Below, piece by piece: positions 38,401 through 48,912 of a DNA stretch of 64,000 nucleotides. This stretch comes from Podarcis bocagei (lineage: Eukaryota). Numbering within the stretch: the stretch's first letter is position 1; the number at the start of each line of letters is the position of its first letter. The stretch is taken from the NCBI GenBank assembly GCA_964188305.1, contig OZ076889.1; one strand, written 5' to 3'. Both the position numbers and the translations under genes were made by a program. Under the pieces are notes generated by a model. The model had not been told where the DNA came from, did no database searches, and was given only the letters and a program-made list of their open reading frames with translations.

Positions 38401-39599
38401 TTCTTTCAAATGAGCCTTCCCATTGATTAAATGGTGTTTGTTAATGAATTGTCACCTGCTCTTTTTATTATTTTAACTGTTATTAGATGCCTTGACCTTT
38501 TTTTCCTTTTTTGTAGCTGAAAGGTAGGATGTAATGCTTGCAATATAATTTAAAAAAATCTGAGATTGATTGGAGGATAAAGTTATGCAAATAGGGCAGC
38601 ATTATGCAAAATCTCTGTGTTTGATTTCAGTAATTTATTTTGAATATGTAACGTGAGCATTCTTGGCATGATATTTGGATGGAGTTTGTTTCTTTTGGAG
38701 AAATCTGATTGCGCATGGCTTTCCTGGGCACAGATAGACCATTAATGTCTTCCATGGTTAACTTTGTAGCAGCATTTCTAAATATTGACAGCAAATGCTG
38801 TCAAGCTGATGGATTTTCAGCACCTACCCATTCAATCATTTGAGTCAAAGTTGAAGCCTGTTTTCACTAAAATATCTTGAAGGTGCTGGGAGGAATGGTT
38901 CCAAAATTTTTAAGCTACATAAAATAATAATTCTGAGCATATACTGGCATGTTAGTGTTACAGGGCCTTCACATAAAAGGGCTATTTGCACTCCCCCACC
39001 CCCCAAGAGCAAATTATTATTTTATTAAAATGAAGATACCAAATCCTTGAAGTAAAATATATTATGTAAGGTATAATTATCTCATTTAAGCAACCGGGGT
39101 TATTAGCCTACATATGAAGCCTTTAAGATAACTTCCATTTGCACTTAAATTCTAACTGCGGTTTTGACACATTATCTAGGGAGAATGCCACATTTCCTGC
39201 TGTGCTAAACTTACCGAAACAAATAGAAAAAAACATCATTGCTGTGCACTATCCCTGCTTTACTATTTTGTAATTGGACAGCACAACAGGAATGGCACTT
39301 CTTTGTAACACTGAGTTACTGCGATGATCTTGCGATTTCATGCTCTTAGCATAAGGCTGGCTGGAATTGTCTTATATCAAGGATAAAAGGAGTATGACGG
39401 GGAAGGGAAGGAAAAGAGTCAATTAGAAAAACGAATTCATGGCAGTAGAATATAAAGATAGTTGGTAAGAAAATAGAAGTCCCCACTCTTAATGTTTGGG
39501 TCTTGACCTCCTAATGTGCTACTTACAGCTACAGAATATGTTGGAGTGGTCATTGAGATGGACATTCCATCTGTGACCTCAAGGTTACAATGACAAGGG

Positions 39600-40304
39600 C
39601 ACTTGCAGTTGGCTCCTTACCTCTCTCACCCTGACCTAGCCACTGTGATCCATGCAACGGGCACCTCCAGACTGGATTATTGTAACTCGCTCTACGTGGG
39701 GCTGCCCTTGAGACTGACCCAGAAACACCAGCGGGTGCAGAATGCCGCAGCGAGACTCCTTACGGGGTCCTCCCTGCGAGATCACATTCACCCGGTGCTA
39801 TATCAGCTGCACTGGCTCCTGGTGGGGTACAGGATCAGGTTTAAAGTGCTGGTTTTAACCTTTAAAGCCCTATACAGCCTAGGACCCTCGTACCTACGAG
39901 ACCGCCTCTCCTGGTATGTCCCACAGAGGAACTTACGGTCTTCAAACAAAAACATCTTGAAGGTCCCAGGCCACAGAGAGGTTAGGCTGGCCTCAACTAG
40001 ACCCAGGGCTTTTTTGGCTGTGGCTCCGATCTGGTGGAACGCTCTGTCACAAGAGACTAGGGCCCTGCGGGACTTGACATCTTTCTGCAGGGCCTGCAAG
40101 ACAGAGCTGTTCCACCAGGCCTTTGGTCAGGGTACAGCCTGACTCCCTCCTTTGGCAATCTTCACAGAACTTTAGCCTAATGGTTGCCATCAATTTGATT
40201 TGAATTAATCTTATAATGAAATGATTTTAGAATGTTGTACTATTTTATTGTTGTTAGCCACCCTGAACCCAGCTTTGGCTGCGGAGGGCGGGATATAAAC
40301 AAAA

Positions 40305-40346
<42 letters not shown>
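39600..40346 (+). mobile_element. L2-clade LINE 3' fragment with (ATT)n tail
   Basis: Encodes SRLDYCNSLYVGLP...QRVQNAAARLLTG...LHWL...RIRFK. Confidence 0.9.
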
Positions 40347-40347
<1 letters not shown>

Positions 40348-41035
40348 GTCTGAAGCTGCAATTCTGCTCAGAGTTAGGTGTCCTCAAGCATTTTGAGATC
40401 AACCACCTTCGTTGGATAACAGCTTAGGGAAGGGACAGGAATTCAATTTGTGTAGCTTGCATTTTAGTGCGAACCCGGTTAATTTGCAATTCCCAAAACA
40501 ATGTGTGAACCACAATGCAGTTGCTCTTCAAAACTTGCACTTCTTCAAATTTTGCAATGCAATTATTCAAGCCAAAAATGTGTGCAAACCTGCATCTGTT
40601 AGGGGAAACAGCACAAAAAAATTGGCATACTAATGAAAATGACACAAAAAATGAATTACACTGGGGGAAATTGCTTGCAAAAATGCCTACATAACTGTAT
40701 TCTGACATTTGAAGAAATGTACACTAAAATGTGAGGGCTTTTTAAAAAATGAAAGTGCAAAGTGATACAGAAATGTGATGAACTGAGATTATGATTGGGA
40801 AAATGAGAAACTGAAGGATTTATCCATCCCTAATTAACAACTCAGGAACCTCAGTAGGCAAAGTGGTAACAGTAGTTTGATGGTATCATTTGTAGCTCTC
40901 CAAAATGAAGTTACCAAGCTGGTTAGGCTTCTAATGGAGAATTAGAAACTTCTACCTTTAAATATACGAATTAGCATTTCAAAACATTCCTAAATTTCCC
41001 CAGAATCTGGCTAAGCTGCAAGTTTGGGCACCAAG

Positions 41036-41559
41036 CATAGCTGTCAACTGTCCCTTATTTGGCAGGAAACTCCCTTATCCCAGCGGCGTGTCCCGCTGCT
41101 GCCCCTTATTGATGATGTCCCTTAAATTTCCCGGGTTTCAAAAGAAGCAGCTCCCCTCCCTCCCTCCCTGCTGGCCAGGGAGGAGGGAGGCTCCAACTGT
41201 GTTGCTTGGCTGTGTTGCTCACCCAATAAGGAGTCTAAGGACGACTGGGGGGGGTGGAGTTTGCATGCCTTGTGCCGATCAAATCGGCCGTGTTGCCTGG
41301 GGACTCGCCTTTGCTCAGCGCTTCCCAGTGGAGAGGTGTCGGTGGTTTTCCTTGATGCATCCCCTTTGCCGGGTTGCTGCGCTGTGGGAACCACCGCTTG
41401 AGGCTTCGTTTGGCTGCTGGCTGGGCTTTCTGCCTTTCGCTCGGAGGGGCTCAGAAGTTGAACATACCTGTGCTAGGAAAATCCCTTATTTTGGCTGCTG
41501 ATCCCTTATTTTTGAGGCTGCTGGTCCCTTATTTTCAAATCTGTAAGTTGACAGCTATG
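41036..41559. mobile_element. hAT-type MITE
   Basis: 14-bp TIR CATAGCTGTCAACT, perfect 8-bp TSD GCACCAAG (41028-41035 and 41560-41567), and subterminal TCCCTTAT repeats. Confidence 0.9.
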
Positions 41560-41631
41560 GCACCAAGCAACAAGTGGGGCTGGAACAACTGATAAGATAT
41601 GGCCTCAGTAGTAGATAGGTAGCCGTGTTGG
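41417..41631. repeat. Left arm of a 215-bp inverted repeat (host flank + PLE 3' end)
   Basis: Reverse complement of 43386-43600 with a single mismatch. Confidence 0.97.
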
Positions 41632-41698
41632 TCTGCCATAGTCAAAATAAAAAAAATCCTTCCAGTAGCACCTTAAAGACCAACTAAGTTAGTTCTTG

Positions 41699-41736
41699 GT
41701 ATGAGCTTTCGTGTGCATGCACACTTCTTCAGATAC
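41699..41736 (-). ncRNA. Minimal type I hammerhead ribozyme motif in the PLE pseudo-LTR
   Basis: The - strand reads GUAU-CUGAAGA-A-GUGUGCAUGCACAC-GAAA-GC-UC-AUAC. This gives stem I GUAU/AUAC, the CUGANGA core, a palindromic stem II, GAAA, and a vestigial palindromic stem III (AGCU) with a UC cleavage site. It is the form known from PLE pLTRs. Confidence 0.85.
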
Positions 41737-41760
41737 ACTGAAACAGAAGTTGCCAGATCC

Positions 41761-41769
41761 TTCTATATA
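41761..41769 (-). promoter_or_regulatory. TATA-like box of the PLE pLTR
   Basis: TATATAGAA on the - strand, about 25 nt upstream of hammerhead stem I. Confidence 0.45.
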
Positions 41770-41913
41770 GTGAGAAGGTGGGGAGGGGTGTTACTCAGAA
41801 GGGTGGTGGGAATGGGAGATAGGCAGATAGCTGAGAGAGCCTCTTGACGACTCTTAACGACTGTAATAGGTCTTACAGGAAAAGGCAAGGGGTGGGAAGG
41901 AGAAATGGTTTAG

Positions 41914-43366
41914 TTATGTATAGTGAGATAAGAATCCAATGTCTTTGTTCAGCCCAGGTCTTTCCATGGTTTTAAGTTTGGTAATGAGTTGTAATTCAGC
42001 AGCTTCTCTTTCCAGTCTATTTCTGAAATTCCTTTGTAGTAAAACAGCTACTTTGAGATCTTGTATAGAATGTCCTGGGAGATTGAAGTGTTCTCCTACT
42101 GGTTTCTCTGTTCTGTGATTCTTGATGTCAGATTTATGTCCGTTTATTCTTTGGCGTAAGGTTTGGCCTGTTTGTCCAATATAGAGAGCTGAAGGACACT
42201 GTTGGCATTTGATGGCATACACAATGTTAGACGATGAGCAATTAAATAGTCCCGAGATGGTATGTGTGATGTTGTTGGGGCCAGTAATGGTGTTGTCCGG
42301 GTGTATGTGGCAGCAAAGTTGGCATCTGGGTTTATTGCAGGCTCTGGTGCCAGTGTCTGTGTTAAGTCTGGTTGTAGTATTATTGTGGGTTAGGAGTTGT
42401 TTAAGATTGGGTGGCTGTCTGTAGGCAATGAAAGGTCTTCCTCCCAGAGCTTGAGAAAGAGAACTGTCATTGTCCAGGAGAGGTTGTAGATCTCTGATGA
42501 TGCGTTGTACTGTTTTAACTTGGGAGCTGTATGTGATGACTAGAGGTGTTCTGTTATTTTCTTTTTTGGGTCTGTCTTGCAGCAAGTTCTCTCTGGGTAT
42601 CAGTCTGGCTCTGTTGATCTGTTGTCTAACTTCATCTGCTGGGTATTTTAGTTCTGAGAAGGTTTGCTGTAGATCCCTTAGGTGAGAGTCTCTGTCTGTA
42701 GAATTGGAACAGATGCGGCTGTAACGTAGTGCCTGGCTATATACAATGGACTGTTTGGTATGTTTGGGATGGTAGCTAGAGGCATGTAGATATGTTTGTC
42801 GGTCAGTTGGTTTGCGGTATAAGGTGGTGTCTATGCGCCCATCCTCTATTTTTATAGTAGTGTCCAAAAAATGTATTTCTTGCATAGATTGATTCATTGT
42901 AAGGTTGATTGTGGGGTGAAAATCATTAAATTTCTGGTGAAAGGTGTCCAGGGTCTGTTGACCATGTGTCCAGATGATAAAAATATCGTCAATGTATCGC
43001 AGGTACAAGAGAGGTTTGAGTGGGTAGGAGTTCAGAAAACGTTGTTCTAAATCTGCCATGAAGATGTTGGCATACTGTGGGGCCATGCGGGTGCCCATTG
43101 CTGTGCCGCTGATCTGAAGAAACAGGTCATCACCGAATTTGAAGTTGTTGTGGGTAAGGACAAATTGGCAGAGTTTAGTGGCAAGGTCCGCTGTGGTTTT
43201 ATCTGATATGGTGTTCCTTATAGCTTGTAAACCATCGTTGTGTGGGATGTTGGTATACAGAGATTCCACATCCATAGTAGCTAGTATAGTATTGTTGGGA
43301 AGATTATTTAAAGATTGTATTTTCCTCAGAAAATCTGTGGTGTCACGTACATAGCTGGGAGCATTG
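41914..43366 (-). CDS. PLE reverse transcriptase + Cys-rich linker + GIY-YIG endonuclease; N-terminally truncated, no internal stops
   Basis: RT motifs ILATMDVESLYTNIPH, GTAMGTRMAPQYANIFM and YLRYIDDIF; PLE thumb motif TLYRKPTD. Linker CNKPRCQLCCHI...FNC is the Cys-rich type associated with Neptune. GIY-YIG motif NIVYAIKC..LYIGQTG..R..H..E. The first ~9 residues of the ORF-track protein come from junction DNA. Confidence 0.92.
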
Positions 43367-43385
43367 ATCTCTGTATACCAACATC

Positions 43386-43600
43386 CCAACACGGCTACCT
43401 ATCTACTACTGAGGCCATATCTTGTCAGTTGTTCCAGCCCCACTTGTTGCTTGGTGCCATAGCTGTCAACTTACAGATTTGAAAATAAGGGACCAGCAGC
43501 CTCAAAAATAAGGGATCAGCAGCCAAAATAAGGGATTTTCCTAGCACAGGTATGTTCAACTTCTGAGCCCCTCCGAGCGAAAGGCAGAAAGCCCAGCCAG
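43386..43600. repeat. Right arm of the 215-bp inverted repeat
   Basis: Reverse complement of 41417-41631, 214/215 identical by manual alignment. Confidence 0.97.
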
Positions 43601-43893
43601 AATGCTGTTCTGAATGTTGGCGGTGGGGAGGAAAAACCCTCCTCCCACTGCAAGCCCCGGGAACAGAGGAGAAGCGCTGCGCCCCTTCCCCTCTATTCCC
43701 GTACCTGTCCTGAAGGCTTGCGGTGGGGAGAAAAGCCCTTATCCGCACCGCCAGCCTGGCAAGCGGTTTCCATAGGAACACATTAATTGATTTTCAATGC
43801 ATTCCTATGGGAAACCGTGCTTCGCAAGACGAAAAACTCACAAGAAGAAAAAACTTGCGGAACAAATTAATTTCGTCTTGCGAGGCACCACTG
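43598..43893 (-). mobile_element. One-ended fragment of a Tc1/mariner (Tigger-like) MITE, same family as 28639-29531
   Basis: Near-identical reverse complement of 28639-~28934. Ends GAGGCACCACTG|TA; the other end is missing. Confidence 0.9.
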
Positions 43894-44139
43894 TATGCAT
43901 AATCAACTAAATATATGGTATGCGGCCCCTTTATGAGAAACGGTTATGATTCAAGAGACCAGCTCCTGGAGAGCTGAGTGAGAGGTGTTGCCTGGCTATC
44001 TTATTAAAGATAGAATTATCAAACATAGAATTCCAAACAAGAAAAAGAAATCTTGTTGAAGACCAAGCGGTAATGCTTCTATACTGATGTCCTCCTGTCT
44101 AACTGGTTGGTTTTTTGTTTTTTTTTAGCATGTAAACAA

Positions 44140-44660
44140 GCAAATGGATAGGGGTGATTCAGTAGACAGTGCTTAGATTTTCAAAAACTATCAATAAAGC
44201 TCATCACCAAAGACCACTGACTAGTCATGGGATCAGAGGTGAAGTCCACATATGAATTGATAGTTGGTTAAAAAACAGGAAGAAGACAGTAGGAATTAAT
44301 GGAAAGTTCTCAGAATGGAAAGATGTGAGAAGAGGGGGTCCTTTAAGGTTCGGTGTTGGGACTTGTGCTTTTTAACTTCTTCATAAATGACTTGGAATTA
44401 GGGATGATGTCCAAGTTTGTTGATGACACCAAATGGCAGGCAAGAGACCTTGGAGTCATGGTGCTGACCCCAGCGTGCAGCCGCTGCAAAAAAGGTGAGC
44501 TACATGCTAGGGATCATTAGGCAATAAAGCTGGCAAAATCCTAACACCATTATACAAAACTTTGGGGGAATTGCACTCTGAGCACTATGTGCAGTTTTTG
44601 TTGCTGCACTTCAGAAAGAGTATTGTAAAGGTGGAGAGGTCATGCTAAGGACTTGGTGAT
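44140..44660 (+). mobile_element. Decayed CR1 RT fragment; continues at ~46032-46180 after an insertion
   Basis: Degenerate LDF.K..K..HQRL..HGIRG, WLKNRK, F.NDLE and KF.DDTK motifs. Confidence 0.7.
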
Positions 44661-44666
44661 ATCCAG

Positions 44667-46031
44667 TGTCAGGGAGCCGACAAGGAGAACAGGTCATTTG
44701 CAGATCAGAGAAAGAAAGTGAACCACTGGCTAATTTAGAGTTAATTTATTTACTAAGGAAGTAGAAAGAGAACATATGGATACTTTTCAGGGTTGCTCCT
44801 GTCTAGATGAAGCAGTAACGTCCCCTCTGCTCCCTGTCCCTCTGTGTCAGGACCCTCCCTCTATCTATGGCGAACTCCAAGGGATCCTCTCTGTTTCTGT
44901 CTGGCTCTTTGCTTGGAAACATGCAATAAAAGCCTTGTTCTGGGAGTGGGGGGAGGGCTTGCGTTTCGAGGTCACACTTCACACCATAATTTTTGTTTAA
45001 GGTTTTTGGCATAATTTTGGCCACAACTTTATTAAAATACAAACAATGTGAGTGGTTTCTTAGGCATTGGTTATGACTATCTGTCCCCGCCCAGGGACAG
45101 AACTGACATCTGCAAGCCTGTGAAGTCAGTAAGGGTAAACATTTTATGGGGAGTAGATGGAGCTGGGTATTGGACCCTCACCTCTCCCCAAATGCTCCCA
45201 GGGGCTCTTGCGTGGCCCTATCCCCCTTTACAGGGGTGCAGACAAAAGCATGGTGAGCCCCTGAATTCCTTTAATGGAATACCCTTGCAGCAACAGCATT
45301 GGAGGAGCAGGCACAGCTAATCCATACCCCTCCACCAACCAATTTTTTCTAAAACCAATGCCTAACCGCAACCTTACAAGTTGCGACGATTTGCTACGCA
45401 GTAGGCAAAAACCAAATGGCACCAGCCAATCAGCCAAATGGACAAAATTCCTACCAGGCCCCTGCCCCAAAAGCAGACGACCCCATGACAGGCATAGCAA
45501 GGTCAAACACAACAAACACCCTAAAATTATGGAGGGTGGGCAGGTAATCCGATGTATGCAGCGAAATAAGGAAGCTCAACGCTGCACACAGGGAATATAT
45601 TCACCCCAGGCTGTCAATCAAAAATTGGCAACATCAAACTCTCTCCAGCAACCTGAGGAGTCCAATCACACTTTGGACCAACGAAACCAACTTGCCCAGC
45701 AACAGGCGGTGTCTGGTTAACCCCACCACAATCCGTGCTCTCCGTGAAGGAGAACATGCTTTGCAGGCTGTCAGCAGAGAAGCTGTCAAGGTGGCTCTTA
45801 GATGGAGCTGCCAAGTCAGATTCCCGTCTCTTCCCTGTTCTTGGGCACCTTCCTGTTTCTTCCTCTTCATCCTCCTCCAAGCTCCCAGTCTCCAGCACTT
45901 CTCAGCACTTCTCCTCCTCTGGGGTGTGGCCAGTTTCCCACCACCAGGATCCAAGTCCCTTTGTGCTTTCCCTGGGGGGCTCTTGATCAGGTGGATTCCA
46001 CCACTCTTCCTCATCCAGCCAGTCCCTGACA
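44667..46031 (-). mobile_element. LTR-like element with TGTCAGGGA inverted ends, probably carrying a nested repeat at ~45000-45720
   Basis: TGTCAGGGA...TCCCTGACA ends, TSD ATCCAG/ATCCTG, interrupts a CR1. Its right end is the reverse complement of the sequence starting at 14767. Confidence 0.65.
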
Positions 46032-46193
46032 ATCCTGTGAAGCTGAATATTAGAAGATTCAGGACAGGCAAAAGCAGGTAGTTCACATGGTGTGAAGTTC
46101 AAACTATGGAATTTGCTCTCACTGGGAGCAGCAACAACTTTGATGATTTTAATAGGGGTTTAGCAAAATTAATGGAGAATATATTGTGATGAC

Positions 46194-46329
46194 CAGGCAT
46201 GGCCAAACTTGGCCCTCCAGATGTTTTGGGACTACAACTCCCATCATCCCTAGCTAAAAGGAGCAGTGGTCAGGGATGATGGGAATTGTAGTCCCAAAAC
46301 ATCTGGAGGGCCACGTTTGGCCATGCCTG
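46194..46329. mobile_element. 136-bp hairpin hAT MITE
   Basis: TIR CAGGCATGGCCAAAC; TSD GTGATGAC/GTGATGAT. Confidence 0.88.
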
Positions 46330-47825
46330 GTGATGATTATGTATTGGAAGCACTGTGTGTCTGAACGCTAGTTTCTGGATAGCACAAGAGTGATGTTGTG
46401 CTTCTTTTACTTGCTAGCTTTGCAAGGCATGATCCAGAAGGGTGATTCTTTTGCAATCTACCAATGTCTGGAGGGCTACAGGTTCAGCATCCCTATATTA
46501 AAAAAACACACTAAATCATAACTAGAAGTGGGTGCTTGAGAAAATGTTTAGAAGTCCTCACAGGTGTCATAATAAAATTAAATAGGGCCCTCTCAGTTTC
46601 CTTGGGAGCAGTGGTGAAGTTTGGCTTGTGGCACAAGCCTGTTCTTAATGGAGAATGTGTTTCTGGATTGAACTAGCACAAGTCGGCGAAAGACCTCACA
46701 CCTGCTATTAAAACTGAGTGAAAGCTTTGTTTTTGAATTTGGAAAAAAAAAAGGCTTTATTTGAACATTGTCAGGGGTCTTAGGGCTATGCCTTGTGGTA
46801 ACAATCACAAAAGGCAGATCAGTCAGAGATAAAGATCAGAACCAGCGAATGACAAAACTTGTTCATCCCTGGATATAGTGGATCACAGTGGCTGTTCAAC
46901 ACCTTGGATTGCTTTGATGACTAGCACTGCCGCTGACATTGAGATGTTGCTTTTACTCACCAGCAAAATCCCCAGCAAAGCCGCTGAATCTGTATGTATA
47001 ACAAATGCAGCAGTTGCTTTCCCCGCTTCCTGGAAGACACTGGCAAAATAAAAGAATAGAGTGTAATCCTAGTTTCTAATGCTCCCAAATGTAGCTTTAG
47101 CAGTCTGGTTCTACAGATCAGAGGAAAGCAGGCTCTATATTAAAAAAGAATAAAATACCCCTTCTAACATGATATGAATAATAGTTCTTTTATCCACAAG
47201 CTTGCATCTGGCAATGCAATATAAATCTGATCCAAGATGTTGCAGCAAGGTGTCCCCCCCTCCCCGCTTTCTTTCTTTTTTGCTATGTACTCTGGAAATT
47301 ACTTAGGACTGAGTTAAAGACTCCTAGGTTTCAGACCAGTCTCTGCCTGAATGGGGAACTTTTGGGGGGATTGTCTATGAAAATCATTCACCAATTATTG
47401 GAGAAAGAATGAAAGATAACTCTAATAAATATAAGTAAGACAATTGCGGTCCCTTTTGCATTGCCATCCTCCCCTAGGCTGTGACTAAACTGGGGTGTGA
47501 TAAAATAAACTCAAACAGACAACAGCCTGGATTAAAAATGGCCACAACTTTATTGATTACAGATGCAGGTGGAATTTTGTCTCAGGCATTGGGTGTGTAA
47601 GCTATCCCAGCCTCCTGCCTGTGGGCCGAAACATTTTCAGAACTGTGCCCAGGATTATGGCTTCCTCAATACACTCATCTACTGAGATGGCTGTCCTAAG
47701 GCAGCTGCTGGAAGATCTCTGACCCATTTGCCCTATGCTTAGCTTCTGGACAGAGACTTCCATTGAGACCCCCCCCCCAATGGGGTACCCTGAATATGCT
47801 ACCCTGAATAAGCTACTGGTTTGTC

Positions 47826-48271
47826 GAAAAGATGGAAAGCTCTTTAATCTGAGCAGGCTGAAAGCAGAGTAAGGTTACCATAACTTCCTTCACAGAGCTT
47901 CAGTATGCCAATGACAACGTAGTGTGTGCGCACTCAGAGGATGACCTCCAGACCATCCTAAATATCTTTGCAGAAGCTTACGAAAAGCTTGGCCTATCTC
48001 TCAACATCCAAAAAACCAAAGTTCTACACCAACAAGTACAAAACAACCCCTCTGCAGCTTCACAAATCCAACTCAATGGTGTAACATTGGAAAATGTCGA
48101 TCATTTCTCCTACCTGGGCAGTTATCTTTCCACAAGGGCCGACAATGATGCTGAAATTCAGCACCGCCTGAGCTCTGCGAGTGAGGCTTTCTCCCGGTTG
48201 AAGTGCAGAGTGTTTGAGGACCAGGACATTCACAGGGAAACCCAAATGCTTGTTTACACAGCTATTGTACT
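47826..48271 (+). mobile_element. RTE-clade LINE RT fragment
   Basis: DGKLFNLSRL, LQYANDNVVCAHS, GLSLNIQKTKV, LENVDHFSYLGS. Confidence 0.88.
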
Positions 48272-48303
48272 AAGACAATCTTATTTGAGTACGAGTTATT
48301 GCC

Positions 48304-48357
48304 GAAGAAGAAGAAGAAGAAGAAGAAGAAGAAGAAGAAGAAGAAGAAGAAGAAGAA
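48304..48357. repeat. (GAA)n microsatellite
   Basis: Seen directly. Confidence 0.95.
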
Positions 48358-48912
48358 ACCAGAGGCCTTTCTTCTTGGAATAATAGGTTTGGAATTGCCC
48401 AAAAAAGATGTTAGATTGTTTTTGTGTGCCACAACTACTGCTAGGATTTTGTTGGCCAAAAATGGGAAAACACAAGAAGTGCCAACAGTGGAGGAATGGC
48501 AAAAGAAGATGATGGATTTTTGGGAGCTAGCCAACCTGACCGGAAGAGTCCGCAACCAGAAGGAGGAGGAGTATCAGGAGGAATGGATGAAATTTAAAGA
48601 CTATTTAGCTAAATATGCTAAGATAACTTAAATAGAAATACTTGCAAATACCAGATTAGTTTAGGATTAAATATGTGATGTTGTAGAATAATATGTCTAA
48701 AGTTAATATGAAAAGAAAGAAAGATGTTAATTGACTAAGTAAATTTTATGAGAAATTAGTTTTGGAAAACTGTTACAATGATATACTTTGAAACTCAGCC
48801 AGGAGGATTCAAGTAAGTCACCTAACAATGTTAACAATAGTGGAACAATTATAGTTAGGATTTATGTTTGTTTGTTTATAAATTTGGAAAATCAATAAAA
48901 AAAATTTGAAAA
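48357..48912 (+). mobile_element. L1/Tx1-clade LINE 3' fragment
   Basis: PEAFLLGII...ARILLAK...W...W.KF.DYL C-terminus, AT-rich 3' UTR, AATAAA and an A-rich tail. Confidence 0.8.

Larger units (their letters stand above)
41612..43366 (-). mobile_element. Penelope-like retroelement (Neptune-like), 5'-truncated, with 3' pseudo-LTR
   Basis: RT and GIY-YIG in one frame, followed by a ~300-bp 3' region ending ...CAGACCAACACGGCTACCTATCTA. The same terminus recurs at ~25248-25277. The exact 3' boundary is approximate. Confidence 0.93.

Noticed and set aside
43367-43392. N-terminus MLGCWYTEI of the 492-aa ORF as a true start
   Set aside because: It comes from fold-back and junction DNA. The element is 5'-truncated and probably not autonomous.
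41417-43600. The 215-bp inverted repeats as genuine TIRs or LTRs of a new RT-encoding transposon
   Set aside because: The left arm is continuous with an intact hAT MITE and its TSD, so it is pre-existing host flank. There is no TSD outside the arms.
28934-43600. A large inversion between the two copies of the mariner MITE
   Set aside because: The 28639-29531 copy has both TIRs and both TA sites, and DPYD exon 3 between the copies is still on the + strand.
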